DNA of 64,000 nucleotides from NCBI GenBank assembly GCA_951406725.2, contig OX597816.1:32054001-32118000 (forward strand). The letters run 5' to 3'. Shown here in pieces: positions 1 through 14,722 of this stretch. Each line of letters starts with the position of its first letter. Position 1 is the first letter of the stretch. The translations under genes and the position numbers were made by a program. The DNA comes from Octopus vulgaris. Lineage: Eukaryota. The notes beneath the pieces were generated by a model. That model searched no databases and was not told the DNA's origin. It saw only the letters and a list, made by a program, of their open reading frames with translations.

Positions 1-760
1 TTATATGTAAAATAAGATGAGAAAGCAAAATGAACTTTCCAACACTAAACTTAAACAGGAAAACTAAGTTTATAGATACTGTTATGGCAACAGACTATAC
101 AACTCTGTTGTATAGGTGAAGTAATTAGTCTATTAAGTCTTATGAAACAAACAGAATCATTGGATAATTATTGGATGATAATAATATGTATTATACACCG
201 AAGAAAATTCAACGGTTTGAAACGTTAATGCATTACAATACACATACAGACACACGAACACACAAATACACACGCACACATATACACGCTCAAATATATG
301 TATGCATACAAAGACACAAATGTCTGTGTAAGTGTTCGTTTGCATATGTGTAAGTATGTAAGTATGTATGTATGTACGTACGTATATAAGTACATATGTA
401 TGTATGAATGAATGAAACAGTCAACTGAAGGCTTGAAAATTTAGGCTAACAGCACAGTGAATGCTGCATTTTGTCAACATACACTAAGTATAGCGTATAG
501 GAAAAAGTGAAGTGCTATATTCGTTGACTTATTGCTCAGAAAATTAGATTCGTGCATGTAACTGTTACCTACGTGTTTTAATTCATATATTTTAGTCCTA
601 AAATTCCAACGTCATTAAGGTGTGTAATACTATGTGGTATTAACCTCGGTTTATTGAAGATATATAGAGCTACATTTTCTCACACAGGTATACATAGATA
701 TATGACTACATCTTGCTCCCTCTTTTTTTCTTTCTCTCTCCATATGTGTGTATGTATTTA

Positions 761-765
<5 letters not shown>

Positions 766-842
<77 letters not shown>

Positions 843-863
843 CATACATACATATATCTATAT

Positions 864-904
<41 letters not shown>
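766..904. repeat. (TA)n microsatellite
   Basis: Direct dinucleotide run. Similar (TA)n tracts at ~2210, 21695, 22043-22180, 22778, 26175, 29462, 31268, 34886-34985, 46020, 55730, 57420 and 63590. Confidence 0.97.
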
Positions 905-910
<6 letters not shown>

Positions 911-944
911 AAGCAACATTTGAATCTAAATTGTTGCTTATATA

Positions 945-1205
945 TGTTTGTGTTATACCAAGGGTGCCATACTTTTGGTTTTCTTCATAGTGTTGTTCTA
1001 GAGAATGTTTAAGAAACCATAAGATAACTATGTGTTTGTTTTAAAATTTGAAATAACATAGAAAGTATTTTGCGTAGGATATGGGCAGTTCCCATGTGCA
1101 CTATCTTTTGAACTTCTGCCATGTTTAGGTTTCCTGGTATCTGAGATAGGTAGCAATCATCCCCTTTTGCTATCATTCCAACAACACCTATGACAACAGG
1201 TATTG
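945..1205 (-). mobile_element. R4/Dong-type (RLE) non-LTR retrotransposon, 3' end fragment
   Basis: Minus strand translates to ...IGVVGMIAKG...AEVQKIVHMGTAHILRKILS, the C-terminus typical of R4/Dong ORFs. A close copy lies at 3850-4230. Confidence 0.75.
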
Positions 1206-1256
1206 TTGTGCGTGTATATATATATATGCATAGTTACATAGATATATATAAGGTTA

Positions 1257-1317
<61 letters not shown>

Positions 1318-2123
1318 AAACATTGGTATATGCACGGAAAGGTCTACACATCTATATGGTAATATACACCTAACACAGTCATGAATTATATTGTTTACAA
1401 ACTATTTATTATTAATCATTATATATTGTACAAAGGATACATCAACTCGAATACCGTGAAAGTCATAAATCGTACTAGATCTGGTATTTTATGAAGAACA
1501 TTAAATAGAAAGTTTCCTGTCAAAGAGGGGAAATTGGATTGTCTAGAATAGCAAAGAATCGATGTCAGTTTTAAATCCGTATGATGTTCATCAGATTTTG
1601 TTAAGACAAAATAAATTTCGTGTAATGATACGACGTAAGTACATTTTGTATAGCGTAAATGAAATAAAGACAGTACAGCTTTCTGTTTCAACTATGCAGT
1701 GCGAAGCACAACGTAAATGGTTATCACGTGTGTGTGTGTCAGTGTATTTGTCAGTGTATGTATGCGTGAGTGCGTGTGCATGTGTGTATGTGCGTGCACG
1801 CACGCGTGGTGTGTGAATGAGTGATTGTACGTGAAAAGGTTCATGCGTCCGTGTGTGTGTGTAGTGATTGAGAATGTGATGTGGAAAATAGGAAAATGAG
1901 AATGTACTGAAGAGAATCATATATGACAATATACACACATACGCAGGCACACGTACATATATATGAAAGCAAATACAGACGGGATGAAAGTAATTCATCA
2001 AACGATTCTTTCCATTAATTGATTGAAATAGAAAGCTTCTCTTTTTGGACGCACACGCAACCACACATACACACATACGGACATATATATATATGTATAT
2101 ATATACATATATATAAACATACA

Positions 2124-2175
<52 letters not shown>

Positions 2176-2209
2176 CATAGGTGAGTGTGTGTGTGCACGT
2201 GTGCCTATA

Positions 2210-2253
<44 letters not shown>

Positions 2254-2899
2254 GCCAAGTTTTGCATACACATATACGCGTAGAGATATGTATATGTGTA
2301 TCTGTTTGTGTTTGTGTGTATATCATATCTGCAATTAATTCATTTTAACCTGATCGCATGATAAGCTTGTTTACTTGAAACGACAAGACTGATATTTAAC
2401 TGAGTATTACCACTTATGATCAGTCACTTCTCTATCGATGTCTCACTTTCACTGTATTAAAACTTAGCTTAAACCTTAAGTAATGTTCACTGTACCCTGT
2501 ACCCTGTGTCTTCTCATATATTGTATCTATAACTATATAGAAGCAGGAACAGAATTATTCGAGAAATGATTCTCAGTTGATTTTCGTATATTTTATACGG
2601 TTTGCTTCCTAAAATGTCGGTTTCTCTATTCTGCTTTGGAAATCCGTTTAAGAAGTGAACTGAAAAAAAGTATGTCAAATAATAATTTCGGTGTTACTGA
2701 CCGGCAAATAAGGATCTATATAGCAGTTTTACATTGCTTCATATATTTCTTATGCTATAATATGGTGCATGGTTCTAGTGGTTTTACTTAAACCAATTCA
2801 TATTTTAATAAATTATATTTAATTAGAAAATGCATCATTGCAATCTTAGAAGTAGAAACACCATACACATATTCATTCTGATTTCGTCACCGTAAGGTG

Positions 2900-2936
2900 A
2901 CTATAATAATTATTATTATCATTATTATTATTATTA

Positions 2937-2971
<35 letters not shown>

Positions 2972-2992
2972 GTTGTTATTATTATTATTATT

Positions 2993-3037
<45 letters not shown>

Positions 3038-3058
3038 ATTATTATCATCATCATCATC

Positions 3059-3089
<31 letters not shown>

Positions 3090-3104
3090 TTGTTATTATT
3101 ATTA

Positions 3105-3148
<44 letters not shown>

Positions 3149-3167
3149 GTTGTTGTTGTTGTTATTA

Positions 3168-3204
<37 letters not shown>

Positions 3205-3247
3205 CATTATTATTATTGTTGTTGTTGTTGTTATTATTATCATTATT

Positions 3248-3297
<50 letters not shown>

Positions 3298-3332
3298 CAT
3301 CAGTGTTATTATTATTAGTATTGTTGTTGTTG

Positions 3333-3396
<64 letters not shown>

Positions 3397-3397
3397 C
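2900..3397. repeat. Compound (ATT/GTT/ATC)n trinucleotide microsatellite
   Basis: Direct sequence; it explains the poly-I/L/V ORFs in the track. Confidence 0.97.
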
Positions 3398-3774
3398 AAA
3401 TAAGCTTGAGAGGCGGTTGGATGGAACCTACACTCGCCTCCTTATGAGAGCTCAAAATCTCTCGTGGAGGCGCCATCCAACTAAAATGCAAATATATGGG
3501 AAATTACCACCTGTGTCATCTCTTGTGAAGGGTAGGAGAGTCCAGTTTGCTGGACATTGTTGTAGAGCTGAAAAAGAAGTAATTTCTACTCTTCTCCTCT
3601 GGAAGCCATCTACTCGCAACACCAGAGGGCGCACACTCTCCTACCCTGATGTAATCTCCAGGGATACAGGCATCCAGCAACAGGACCTCCGTAATGCTAT
3701 GATGGACCGTGAAGTCTGGCGCAACATGGTAAATTCCATTGTCTCGACCACGGTCGAACAATGATGATGATGAT
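3398..3774 (+). mobile_element. RTE-type LINE, 5'-truncated 3' end with (TGA)n tail
   Basis: Encodes KLERRLDGTYTRLLMRAQNLSW...RRVQFAGHCCR...AMMDREVWR, resembling RTE-group RT C-termini (GH..R, DR..WR). The stop runs into TGATGATGA. Two more copies occur in the window. Confidence 0.8.
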
Positions 3775-3786
3775 TTAGTAGAAAGG

Positions 3787-3819
<33 letters not shown>

Positions 3820-3849
3820 TATTATTATTATTAATATTATTATTATTAT

Positions 3850-4230
3850 TTTATGTTTGACTTTTGCTTTACATTTGTACAAGTTGGCTCCAAGTCTCAC
3901 CGAGAGATCTCAAGAGATTATAAGTTCATGTTGGTGTTATACATAGGGTGCCATATATTTGGTTTTCTTCATAGTGTTGTTCTAGAGAATGTTTAAGAAA
4001 CCATAAAATAACTATGTGTTTGTTTTAAAATTTGAGATTACATAGAAAGTATTTTGCGCAGGATATGGGCAGTCCCCATGAGCACTATCTTTTGAACTTC
4101 TGCCATTTTTGGGTTTCCTGGTATCTGAGATAGGTAGCAATCAGCCCCTTTTGCTGTCATTCCAACAGCACCTATGACAACATGTATTGATTTAGTTTCC
4201 AGGTTCCACATTTTGCTAATTACTATTTCC
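3850..4230 (-). mobile_element. R4/Dong-type LINE 3' end, ending in (TAA)n
   Basis: Same sequence family as 945-1205 (GTAHILRK motif). Its 3' end abuts an (ATT)n run. Confidence 0.75.
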
Positions 4231-6260
4231 TCTGTAGTACCTTCTTTAGCTGCAACTTCTTTCTTTTTATCCTTTACTGCTTGTTTAAGTTGGTCAATCT
4301 CTACTTCAGTTGGTAATTATTTTAAATAATGTTTCTTCAGACGTTGGCAAGTTTGTTACTGTCTATGCAGAGTCTTACTTCAGAGTGTTTCTGCCTCCAG
4401 TTTAATTAAGTTTCTACAGTATTAACCTAATTTGTAGAGAAATATATGGCATGGTAGAAGGCCGTAAGAACTTCTTTGTTATCTTCCCTATGCCATTTTC
4501 ATTCTTTTTCTTTTTATTATTTGATGACGAGCATAGATGGACATCTGTTGGAATATTTTTGGTACTTCATGTGTGGGTACTTCCTTTGTGTGGGGAATAT
4601 TTGAACCAGTAGCTGATTTTTCCTTGCCGAATCCGGTTCAACATTCGTGTACATGGTCCTTTGTAATCCGGTCGACGACCATTCCGATGTCGGATTTCCA
4701 ATTGCCTTAAGACGTCTAAGAGTTTCATTGGCATTGAACCCAACGATTCGATAACCACTGGTTTCCCTTTTACATTATCTTCTCGCATTCTATACTGTCT
4801 TTCAATTTTGCCTTTTAATTTGGAGTCCTTGCTGATATTTTCCTCGTAACTTCCATACCATTTGGCATGCCTACGTCAATAATCTGACGGCATTTGTCTC
4901 TCTTACTCAATATGATAACACTCCCGGCATGTTGTTAATTTTCCATTCTCTTACATAAGTCTTGTTGGTACATGCTCTTACCAGTTCTCATTTACCTAAT
5001 TGTGGTATTTACAGCATAAGAGCCAAAGATGATACACACATATTTTATGGTAGCGGCGCTTGTATTCTTTCTGTGCAAGGGTGTCAGAAATTTTATAGAT
5101 GTTATACCTCTCTGATTTAGTAGCGAGAGTCTGGTCTAGTGTAGCAGTGATCAGGCATTTTGTGGTACGCTTTAATTCATCTCGCTGAAGTCATGCCCAC
5201 GATGCTGCATTATCATTAACGTTCTGTGTATTCCTTTCAAACTGTCCATGCATTCTCATTTCAAATGTTTTCTTTTCTCTCTCCTCAGCTCTTTGGTTAA
5301 ACTCTCCCCTGTCTATACTTTCATCTACATTTACACCCATATATTTCGCAGCATGTTACACCAAGTCTTCATTACTATTTGTCAAATACTCGGCAATCGT
5401 TCTCCTTTCCATCCTTAGAAAATGGTTTCTACTGATTACTCCTCTGCCACAATTCTTTCTTTTTATGTACAGTTAGTTTACGTTTGCTTTATGGTGTAGC
5501 ACCCCATGCAGCGTCATTAACTTTCTCGTCATTCTATCCAGTGTTGATATTTCCTCCTTAGTCCATTTGAGGATGGACTCACTATATTTGATCAACGCAA
5601 CTGTCCAGATATTCATTGCAGCAATCAAAGTGTTGCATTCAAGTTAGATTTCAGTACCAAATTCACACTCATTGATATGCCTCGCTGACCTTGGCATTCA
5701 TTTCTCTGTGTACAAATTCATCCAGATCCCAAATCCTTAAATACCTATACCCACTACCGTCTAGTACTCCCATGGTCTCACCTGATGGTAACCGCAATCC
5801 TCTTCAGGATGATTTCTTCCGCCTTTTCATATCAAGTACTGAGTATTTTGTAATACTAAATTCTATACCGATGTCCCTACCACACTGCTTGATTGTTCCA
5901 TTTAAGGAATCTAACTACTTGATGGATTTCCCAAACAATTTCAGGTCATCCATAAACAGAAAATGGTTCAACGATGGGCATTTCTTCTCACATCGGAAAA
6001 CACATTTTAACTTTCCTAATTCTCACTTTTATGTGTATTAATTCAATTAGAAATAGTAACAGAGAAAGCAAGTCACCTTGGGAGACTCCGCTTTTAATAT
6101 TAACTCCTCCAAATAACACATTACTTGGGCACGATTTGGTTTATCACTCTTTTATGCTATGCATCAGAAAATTTGTAATGTTGTAGCAACACCAGACATT
6201 TGGAGACATTCAACGATCCAAGAATGCGGCATTATATATGCCTTCTCAATCCAAGCCAGA
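4230..6260 (-). pseudogene. Degraded R4/Dong-type RT/RLE ORF fragments
   Basis: Minus-strand motifs GVSQGDLLS (~6060-6090) and LNHFLFMDDLKLFGK (~5925-5975), plus KGKPVVIESLG near 4750. Many stops and frameshifts. Confidence 0.7.
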
Positions 6261-7520
6261 TACTTTTTCTTCTTCTTCCTCTTCTTCTTTTTCTTCTTCT
6301 TCTTCCTGTTCTTCTTCTTCTTCTGATGATGATGATGATGACGATGATGAAGATGATGACTCTTCTCATAATTATAATTATAATTATTATTATTATTATT
6401 AATATCATTTTTATTTTTTTGTTGTTGTTGTTGCTGTTATTATTTTACTTCCTAATATGTTATTAAATGTAGTTATGAAGAATAAAATTTTGGCGTTGGT
6501 TGTGAAATCTTGTTTATGAAGCCTAGATTATTAGCGAAAGCCCGTCGGACTTTTATGCGATCGAGCCAATTTTGATGAATCTTTTAGGTGTGATGAATTT
6601 ATAATTACAGCTTGTACTGGAGGATGGATTCTCAAACCAATGGAGGAAATAATATTTTGAAGAATCGAAATCATACAGCTACAAATGTCACCAAGGACAA
6701 CAAAAGTAACATTGACAAACAACACAAAGGGAACATAGAAAGAAATAAGTAGTCTACCTTCACCAGTAAAAATGTGATGCAGATAAAATGATAAACAACG
6801 ACTCTTACCAACGTATGAAATTCAAAGCGGCAAATGTATGCAGAAAACTGGAAATATCTGTTGTCTTTTCTTGTCTGAAAAAAAACAGGCAAAACACAAC
6901 TGCCGAAAAAATGGAGGGACGATATCGCAAAACACAGCGTAACTAATTCAACTGGAAATCGAGAAATAAAGATAAATATGTAAAGGTCGTAGGACGAGTC
7001 ATTGTTTGCTAGGGGTGCATATTTAGATACTAAAATGACTGAAACAAATTTGCATTAAAAAGAAAAAAAAAACATAAATTCTTGGACGTAGGCGTATTGG
7101 CAAAGACGATAAAATGTTTCGTACGAAAGGAAAGCCGGTTGAAAGAAGAAAAACAATATTAAAATTGACGAGGTATTTCTGACTCCTCCGTACCTTAGTC
7201 TTTGCGTTATAACAACGAAGGTTGCAGTGAAAATACCAGGCGTAGATATCCATTTGTTTGTGGTTGTCGTAATATACGGCATCGTGTATGAAAAGATTAT
7301 CTTGCAATGCACGGCCTGGGAAACCGAAATTTATCTGGTACTTAAATAGGACTAAGGACTCACAAATACCAACAAAGTGCGGATGACATACGGCTTACAG
7401 ATTTGCATAGGAGTTGATTGTTAATGCTGACATCTAAAGACTTCCATCTCTGGTCAGCAAATGTAGAAAGTACTGCTCTAATGCCACCATCTTCAACTTT
7501 GTGGCAACATCTGCAACAAA

Positions 7521-7912
7521 TCATCATCATCATTGTTCGACCGTTGTTGAGACAATGGAATTTTCCATGCTACGCAATACTTCACGGTCCATCATGGCAT
7601 TACGGAGGTCCTGTTGCTGGATGCCTGTATCTCTGGAGATTACATCAGGGTAGGAGAGTGTGCGCCCTCTGGTAATGCGACTAAATGGCTTCCAGAGAAG
7701 AAGAGTAGAAATTACCTCTTTTTCAGCTCTACAACAATGTCCAGCAAACTGGACTCTCTTACCTTTCACAAGAGATGACACAGGTGGTAGTTTCCCATAT
7801 ATTTGCATTTTGGTTGGATGGCGCTTCCACGAGAGATTTTGAGCTTTCATAAGGAGGCGAGTGTAGGTTCCATCCAACCAGCTCTCAATTTTCTTTCATA
7901 ACGTCCAGGTTA
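7521..7912 (-). mobile_element. RTE-type LINE 3' end (copy 2)
   Basis: ORF 7530-7877 is nearly identical in protein to the 3398-3774 copy; (TGA)n tail. Confidence 0.8.
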
Positions 7913-8339
7913 ACTGCAACAAAAACATCAAAATCATGAAAAGTTTAGCAAAAAAGAGAAGACGAACAAATGAAAAACGTTATTAAGCAAGCTTTATCGA
8001 AAGAGGAACACATACAATAAAACATATGAGCAATCGCTACCATCCTGGAAAAATTTATGGCTAATCCAAAAACGTCACAGTGAGACTTCACCCACAGCAA
8101 TCAGCGAAGTACCAAACCCGAGGAAACCAATTACTCTAATATTCACTTTTGCGCGGTCACAGTGTGATCATACTGCGAATACTCGAGTCATGAAGAAACG
8201 CACGTCGCTGAGCCAAATAAATAACACACATACTATGAACGAATGATTCAACATATCTGTGAAATCTAACATTCATTCATCTCGAATCATTGTATCTGCC
8301 CAAGTAAACTAATTGATATTTGAAAGAATTTAACAAGTT

Positions 8340-8800
8340 TACCTAGTAGAGACGTCGTTTGAAAGCGGACAAAATATGGCATCCTGCTGTTACCAAGTAG
8401 CTGCACACAAAGAGTTTAAACCCCAAGGATATTCGTGCTGACAGGCTTGCTTGTGGATGGTGCAAAAGGGGACAGCTTTAATTAAAACGGGGAGGGAAAG
8501 TTTTGTAGATGACCCACGATCTAGAAGTCTAGCAACCCATACTACCGAGGAAAAACATTGATTGTAACCACCTCATGCAGAAGAATGACAGGCAATCGAC
8601 TATAAATTTTTAAAAAACTGGTACTATTTGCATGTCATCAATGTATTGAGAATATCCTACACAATGAAACTGAGTTGATGTAGAATAGTGTTCCGTAGAT
8701 GCATGGCATTCTGACACCTGAAGAAAAGTGCACATGTCTGATCACATCAGGCGAAAATCTATCATTGTTTGATGCAGATCTAGGTACTTACCTCGATTGT
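8340..8800 (+). mobile_element. Degraded mariner transposase fragment (N-terminal HTH region)
   Basis: The segment GGGAGGGAAAGTTTTGTAGATGACCCACGATCTAGAAGT reads GRESFVDDPRSR, like the mariner ..DD.RSGRP motif. Confidence 0.55.
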
Positions 8801-10131
8801 AATGTCATAATCACCCAGCATCAGAAACAAAGTTACAACATATACAGTGCAACGGGCATTGTGTTTATTGACGGTTGTATTTGTCAGTTATGCATTGTGT
8901 TAAGCCCCTAGAGATTTTGTAACACATTCCCAGTCCTAATATTTCGAAAATTGGCCAGAAGCCTACAAATTCACTCTGACATATGTTTTTAAAAATTATA
9001 ACTTCCCATTTTCCTTTTCTGTTGAGTTTCTTCTTCATTCTGTTAAGTCTAATGTAGTTGTTGGAAGCATTTGCCGCAATCTATACAAGTTTACTGGTGG
9101 TTATTAGATCAAATACTTCGGTCAATGTTCTCGACTAACCGCCTCTCTCAGAATTATCATTTGTAGCAGCAGTAGTATTATAATCATTGTTGTTGTCAAT
9201 GCTGTGTTTACTTTTTTGTTAGATTAGTTATTTGTATATTGATTTTTAATTCATTATTCCATCAGCAAAGATGTGTGATCTTTCAGCGTCACGACATTTG
9301 TTTTTGTTTTTGCTTTCCATTCCGCTGTTGTCTCCAATGTCATTGGAAAGTGTTGATATCTATTGGCACCTTTATGATTTCAAGGGGAGCTATAACCATT
9401 TTTCCCCTTCGTAACAATAGAATCTGACAATGTGTTTCAAACATTTTATTGATGTTTTTGACAGTTGAAGCAATGTAGAACTGTATTGTGTTACTAGAAT
9501 CTGAGCTACCCTGTTGACGTGCAGAAAATAACAACTAATTCCTTCCATTTTAAATGTGTTTTGGTAAGGAATGTTGGAAAATAAAAACATAACGTTACAT
9601 GGCATTTCGTGTAGTAGAAAGCAATACTTTCAGAAGTAACATTAAGGAAAATAAAATCCTGAAATAAGAAAATTTCAAAATAACTATAAAACCACATCTA
9701 GCAGGAAGATTAGTCTCTAAATTCGAAATTATATTGCTACAATTACGAATTTGGAAAGAGTGAAGTAACTAGTAAATAACATTCAGAAAAGCAATAAAGC
9801 AATTACCACAAACACAAAATTAAGCACAACTATATCAACGTTGAAAACAGTAGATGCATCACCATCCGGAACCAAACAGTTGACACTAAAAATAAAAATA
9901 CTTTATACAACTAATTCTGTTGAGAAGGATAGAAATTAAATTTACTTAGATAATATTTGCGCTGTGTTTACTTATGCGTGTGTGTGTATTTATATGTGCG
10001 TTTCTGTATGCATGTGTCTATCTGTGTATGAATGTGTTTATACATGGTAATCTTATGGGGCAGACCTTCCAGAGGAGGAAACATATTTTTATTGCGAAGC
10101 GCGGCACATTTTAATTGTACAAAATGAAATA

Positions 10132-11345
10132 TTAGGTTTTTCCACATGAAATGCTGTATTTGAAAGGTAACAATAAAATGCTTCGGAAGTTCAGGAGAAC
10201 TGACTTATTTATTCAATGTATGATCTATGTTCATTTATGAGGTTTAATTAATGTTTCTCTGTGTCATATATTCCATCCTTTAAAGAAAAAATCATTTGCT
10301 GTGTATAGTTAAGAATGTTTCATTGCATATGAAAAGTTCAATATGGTTAAGTAAATGATGATCAGTAGGAGAGATAATAGGGGAATAGTGAGGATGTTGC
10401 AAAATCTCATAATTCAGTATTTGCAACATTTGGACCGTAGCTTGAGGAGTGTTAGGACGTGCATTATCGTGGAGCAAAATTGGGCCATATCTATTCATTA
10501 GACTGGGTTGCATCATCTTCAAATTCTCATGCATATAATCAATTTCCGGGCAATACGATCTTGCTGTTAGCGTTTCCCTTGTTGCAAAAATGAATAGTGA
10601 ACAACTCTCTTCGCAGACCACCATACAGTGACCACTAACTTTTTAGACTGCAATGGTGTGTTGGGGTAGCGTTTAGGTAAAGGGCATGAATTTAATCACT
10701 GTCCTGTTCACCTGCTGTTGTCAAAGAGTATCCATTTCTCACCAGCAGTAATGAGTTGATGCGAAAATTGTATTTTTCCAGTCGAGAAAGCAATAAGGAG
10801 CACACTTCAAGACGTCTGTTTTTTTTTTGTTTTTTTATCTCATTCAGTTGATATAGAAAAAACCTATATGTTTTCATGACTCTTCTAATGTTTTTTTATT
10901 TATAAACAGTTGTGCGAGAAGTTCGGAATTCTGATGAACGTTTACGAACCTTCATTCTCGGATTATATTCAACCAGCGTATTTAATAAATCATGGCGAAT
11001 AACGGATTTTGGCCTGCTCTTTGGTCTATTTTCAAGGCTGTCATCTCCTGAACTAGAGCTTTCGAACCCTCTGACAACAGTTCTTGTGTCAACAAAACCC
11101 TTACCAAAAGCCAGCTTGATATTCAGTAGAGCCCCTACAGCAGAGTGACCCAGTTTGTATCCATACGAGAAAATCAGTGAAAATGATTTTGCTTCGTATC
11201 ATTTTCATAAGGTTGAATTTTGTATACCAATATTGTTGGGAGAGAAAAAGCGTCACGATTAAATGCGAGGTATACCAAATTGAGTTTTTAAATGACTGGA
11301 ATAACAAGTAATTAAGAATGTGACATTTCATGTAAAACAACCTAA
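10132..11345 (-). mobile_element. Full-length but dead mariner (Tc1/mariner) transposon
   Basis: Imperfect ~30-bp TIRs (TTAGGTTTTTCCACATGAAATG / CATTTCATGTAAAACAACCTAA) flanked by TA; length ~1.2 kb. Transposase motifs LLHDNARP and HPHYSPIISPTDHHL (YSPDLAPSD-like). ORF broken. Confidence 0.88.
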
Positions 11346-11627
11346 TACATGAGGCTAGAAGTGTTTGTTCTGTGCAGCAGCAAGATACATGAAAATCTAT
11401 AGAACTTTACATTGAAATTTTATGAGAAGAACATGACAGGCTATATAATACCTCTTTCCAAATATACAGAGAGGAGATAATAATATCCTGTGCCATGATT
11501 TTCGTCATCATACATCACAAAAAAATCCAGTTATGAATATATATGTCTGTGAAGCTGTTAAGTAATCTATGAACGGGCGAATTTATGACAAGGGAGAAAG
11601 AGGGAGAGACGAGAAGTAGTAGTAGTG

Positions 11628-11677
<50 letters not shown>

Positions 11678-11688
11678 TGTAATAGTAG

Positions 11689-11906
11689 TCATCATCATCA
11701 TTGTTCGAGCGTAGTCGAGACAATGGAATTTACCATGCTACGCCAGACTTCACGGTCCATCATGACATTACGGAGGTCCTGTTGCTGGATGCCTGTATCC
11801 CTGGAGATTACATCAGGGTAGGAGAGTGTGCGCCCTCTGGTATTGCGAGTAGATGGCTTCCAGAGGAGAAGAGTAGAAATTACCTCTTTTTCAGCTCTAC
11901 AACAAT

Positions 11907-11908
<2 letters not shown>
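11689..11908 (-). mobile_element. RTE-type LINE 3' end (copy 3) inside a (TAG)n array
   Basis: Same sequence as copies 1 and 2; (GTA)n runs on both sides (11614-11688, 11908-12083). Confidence 0.8.
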
Positions 11909-12000
<92 letters not shown>

Positions 12001-12026
12001 AGGTGGTAGTGGTGGTAGAAGTAGTT

Positions 12027-12083
<57 letters not shown>

Positions 12084-12226
12084 CATTCAGTTTCCAGAAA
12101 AGTCAAATAAGGAACGTTGTACAAGAAGACGCGACAGCACTCACGTAGAATCACAGGCAAATTATATACTGAGAACTGTACATGTATTAATCTCAGAAAA
12201 TGTGTGAGTGAATATATATATATATG

Positions 12227-13102
12227 CGAGGTCTGACCAACAATTATCTGCGCTGTTGACATAGTAATGAAGCAAAACACGCAGTGTAAGGCCACTTCGC
12301 ACACGTTGAACTTCCACGGTGCTGTGCATGCACACTAAGATATACGGATCTAGCTCACTTCCGCAGTTTACAGCAATGCTTGGAATGAAGGTGTGTAACG
12401 TATGGTCGTAGCATTGACCATGGCAGAGAGAGCTGTTATGGTGACACCTGATCAGATGCCTACGCAAAGTGGCAGAAAGTGTATTGAGGGGAGTTTAGGA
12501 GCCGCACACAAGTGTACATGTGATTCAGATATTTCCAAGATGGCCGAGAATATCTCGATAGTGACGAACGTTTTGGGAAACCCGCAACAAGAAGAACTGA
12601 AACATCACAGATGTGCTTGCAGCATTGAGCGAAAATCGTCGGATCACCAATTGTGTGTTATCGGATTATGTGCAGATTAGTTACGGTTTAGTTCAGTCCG
12701 TAATCAACGCAGATTTTGCTATGAGACGCGTGTCTGCCAATTTTGTGCCAAAACTGCTTTCAGCTAAACAAAGTGTCATTTGGCTTTCATTTGCACCAGA
12801 TCTACTTGGTTATGTCGAGAACGATGACAACTTATTGGAAACATTTCGCTGGCCTCTGAGCTGGTATCGGCAAACTTTTGGGAACATTAGATGGTCAACT
12901 TTCTCTGCCATGGTCAATTCGACGTTCACTTCCTACACACTTTCCTTCCAAGCATTGCTGTTAATATGGCAAGTGAGCAAGAAAGTTACAAATTAGTGCG
13001 CATGCACAGAATAGTTCAAGGTGAATCCGCACGAAGTTTTCCACCGTGTGCTTTAGCTTCGTTACTATGGCAACAGTCCGGACACATATTACTGAGACCA
13101 CG
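12227..13102 (+). mobile_element. Internally deleted mariner with long inverted ends
   Basis: Ends CGAGGTCTGACC... / ...CTGAGACCACG next to TA runs. About 200 bp of each end is imperfectly complementary. Internal remnant MRRVSANFVPKLLS is WVPxxL-like. Confidence 0.75.
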
Positions 13103-14434
13103 TATATATATATATATATATATATATATGTGCGTGTGTGTGTTTGTGTGTTTCTGTGTGTTTGTGTGCATGTATGTATGTATGTATGCATGCTTGTGGT
13201 TGTTGGGTAAGGGAGGTTCGTGATAAATTCATGGTAGTGATAGCGGTAGTGGTTTAGATTAATTGAAATATATGTAGATTTTATCAGTTGACCATGTTTA
13301 TGATTCTCTTATCGTTTATCTATAACGCCTGCACATTAGTGCTAATTAGTATCAGATGTGACACTTGAAACACATTTAAATCTTTGGAATCATTTAATTC
13401 TCAAAATATTGAGAGTGATATGTGATGTGGGCGTACAACAGAGGAAACGAAATGGATAATTTAAGACCACCGTATTAATCACTAAAAAGGCCATCGAAAG
13501 AAGAGAAAAAATAATTACAATAAAGCACAGATGTGGACAACAAAGTTTTCCTGAAAAGAAGTGCAATCATAAAAAGAATATGAGGAATATTCAAAATATG
13601 TTGAACAGAAGATTTTCACGACGAATGGAAATACAATATTCAGAAATGAACATGCTAATAGGAAATGAAAAACTTCAAACTATCATCATACTTGGGAAAA
13701 CATTGGAAGATCCACAGTACCGCCTAGATAGTGTTATTCTTATTCACAGTTAAAGGTACATCACGAAAATGGTGATTTTCAATAGTTTTCCTAACATTGC
13801 ATTAGTTGGTTTTATTTAGTCAACACTGGATACTACTTCCCGGAGAGATATTCGATGAGATTCTTGTCACGTTTGGCCATTTCGCGTCATTTGCTTTTTT
13901 TAAAATATGCGCAACCTTGTCAAGTGTCCTCGATTTATTTGAAACCAATTTGTTATGATGAATGACAGAGCGACTCGCTATTTCTAACAGTTTGAGTGAA
14001 CTCACAGATTTCATCGGATGATCTGCTACTGTTCATTATGTAGGCGTGAAGTCTTTTGCGACCATGGTGTGCGTAGGTTTGGAAAGTACTTTCTATTTGG
14101 TGCCAAATTAAATATGTGATAAATCTTGCGGGATTTAAGGTGGTAATTGTTCAAGGAATTAAAAACGAAGAAAGAAAGACAAATAGAAAGAGAATTACAT
14201 AAAATCAAGTTTGTGAAATAACTTGATAATGGAGTTTGAAGGGATACTATTTCTCACTTCTTTTCAATTTAAATTAAAGAGTAAAAAAATGAAATGGATA
14301 CACATATTGTTTGAGATCGTTCATATCATTTTATTATTTTCTAAAACTAGCCTTTGATATGTGACCAATAAAAAGAATACCAGCAGCAAGGAAAAAAGAA
14401 AAGGATAAGAAGGACGAGGACAAGGACGAGAATG

Positions 14435-14436
14435 AA

Positions 14437-14521
<85 letters not shown>

Positions 14522-14546
14522 GCAGCAGCAGCAACAACAACAACAG

Positions 14547-14638
<92 letters not shown>

Positions 14639-14641
14639 GTA

Positions 14642-14721
<80 letters not shown>
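14435..14721. repeat. (AAT)n/(AAC)n microsatellite
   Basis: Direct sequence; forms the 5' flank of the Dong-type LINE. Confidence 0.97.

Positions 14722-14722
<1 letters not shown>

Noticed and set aside
157-3403. Poly-YI, poly-I/L/V and similar ORFs here and throughout (e.g. 14334-14801, 19085-19483, 27822-28448, 30452-31187)
   Set aside because: Translations of di- and trinucleotide microsatellites; no domain content.
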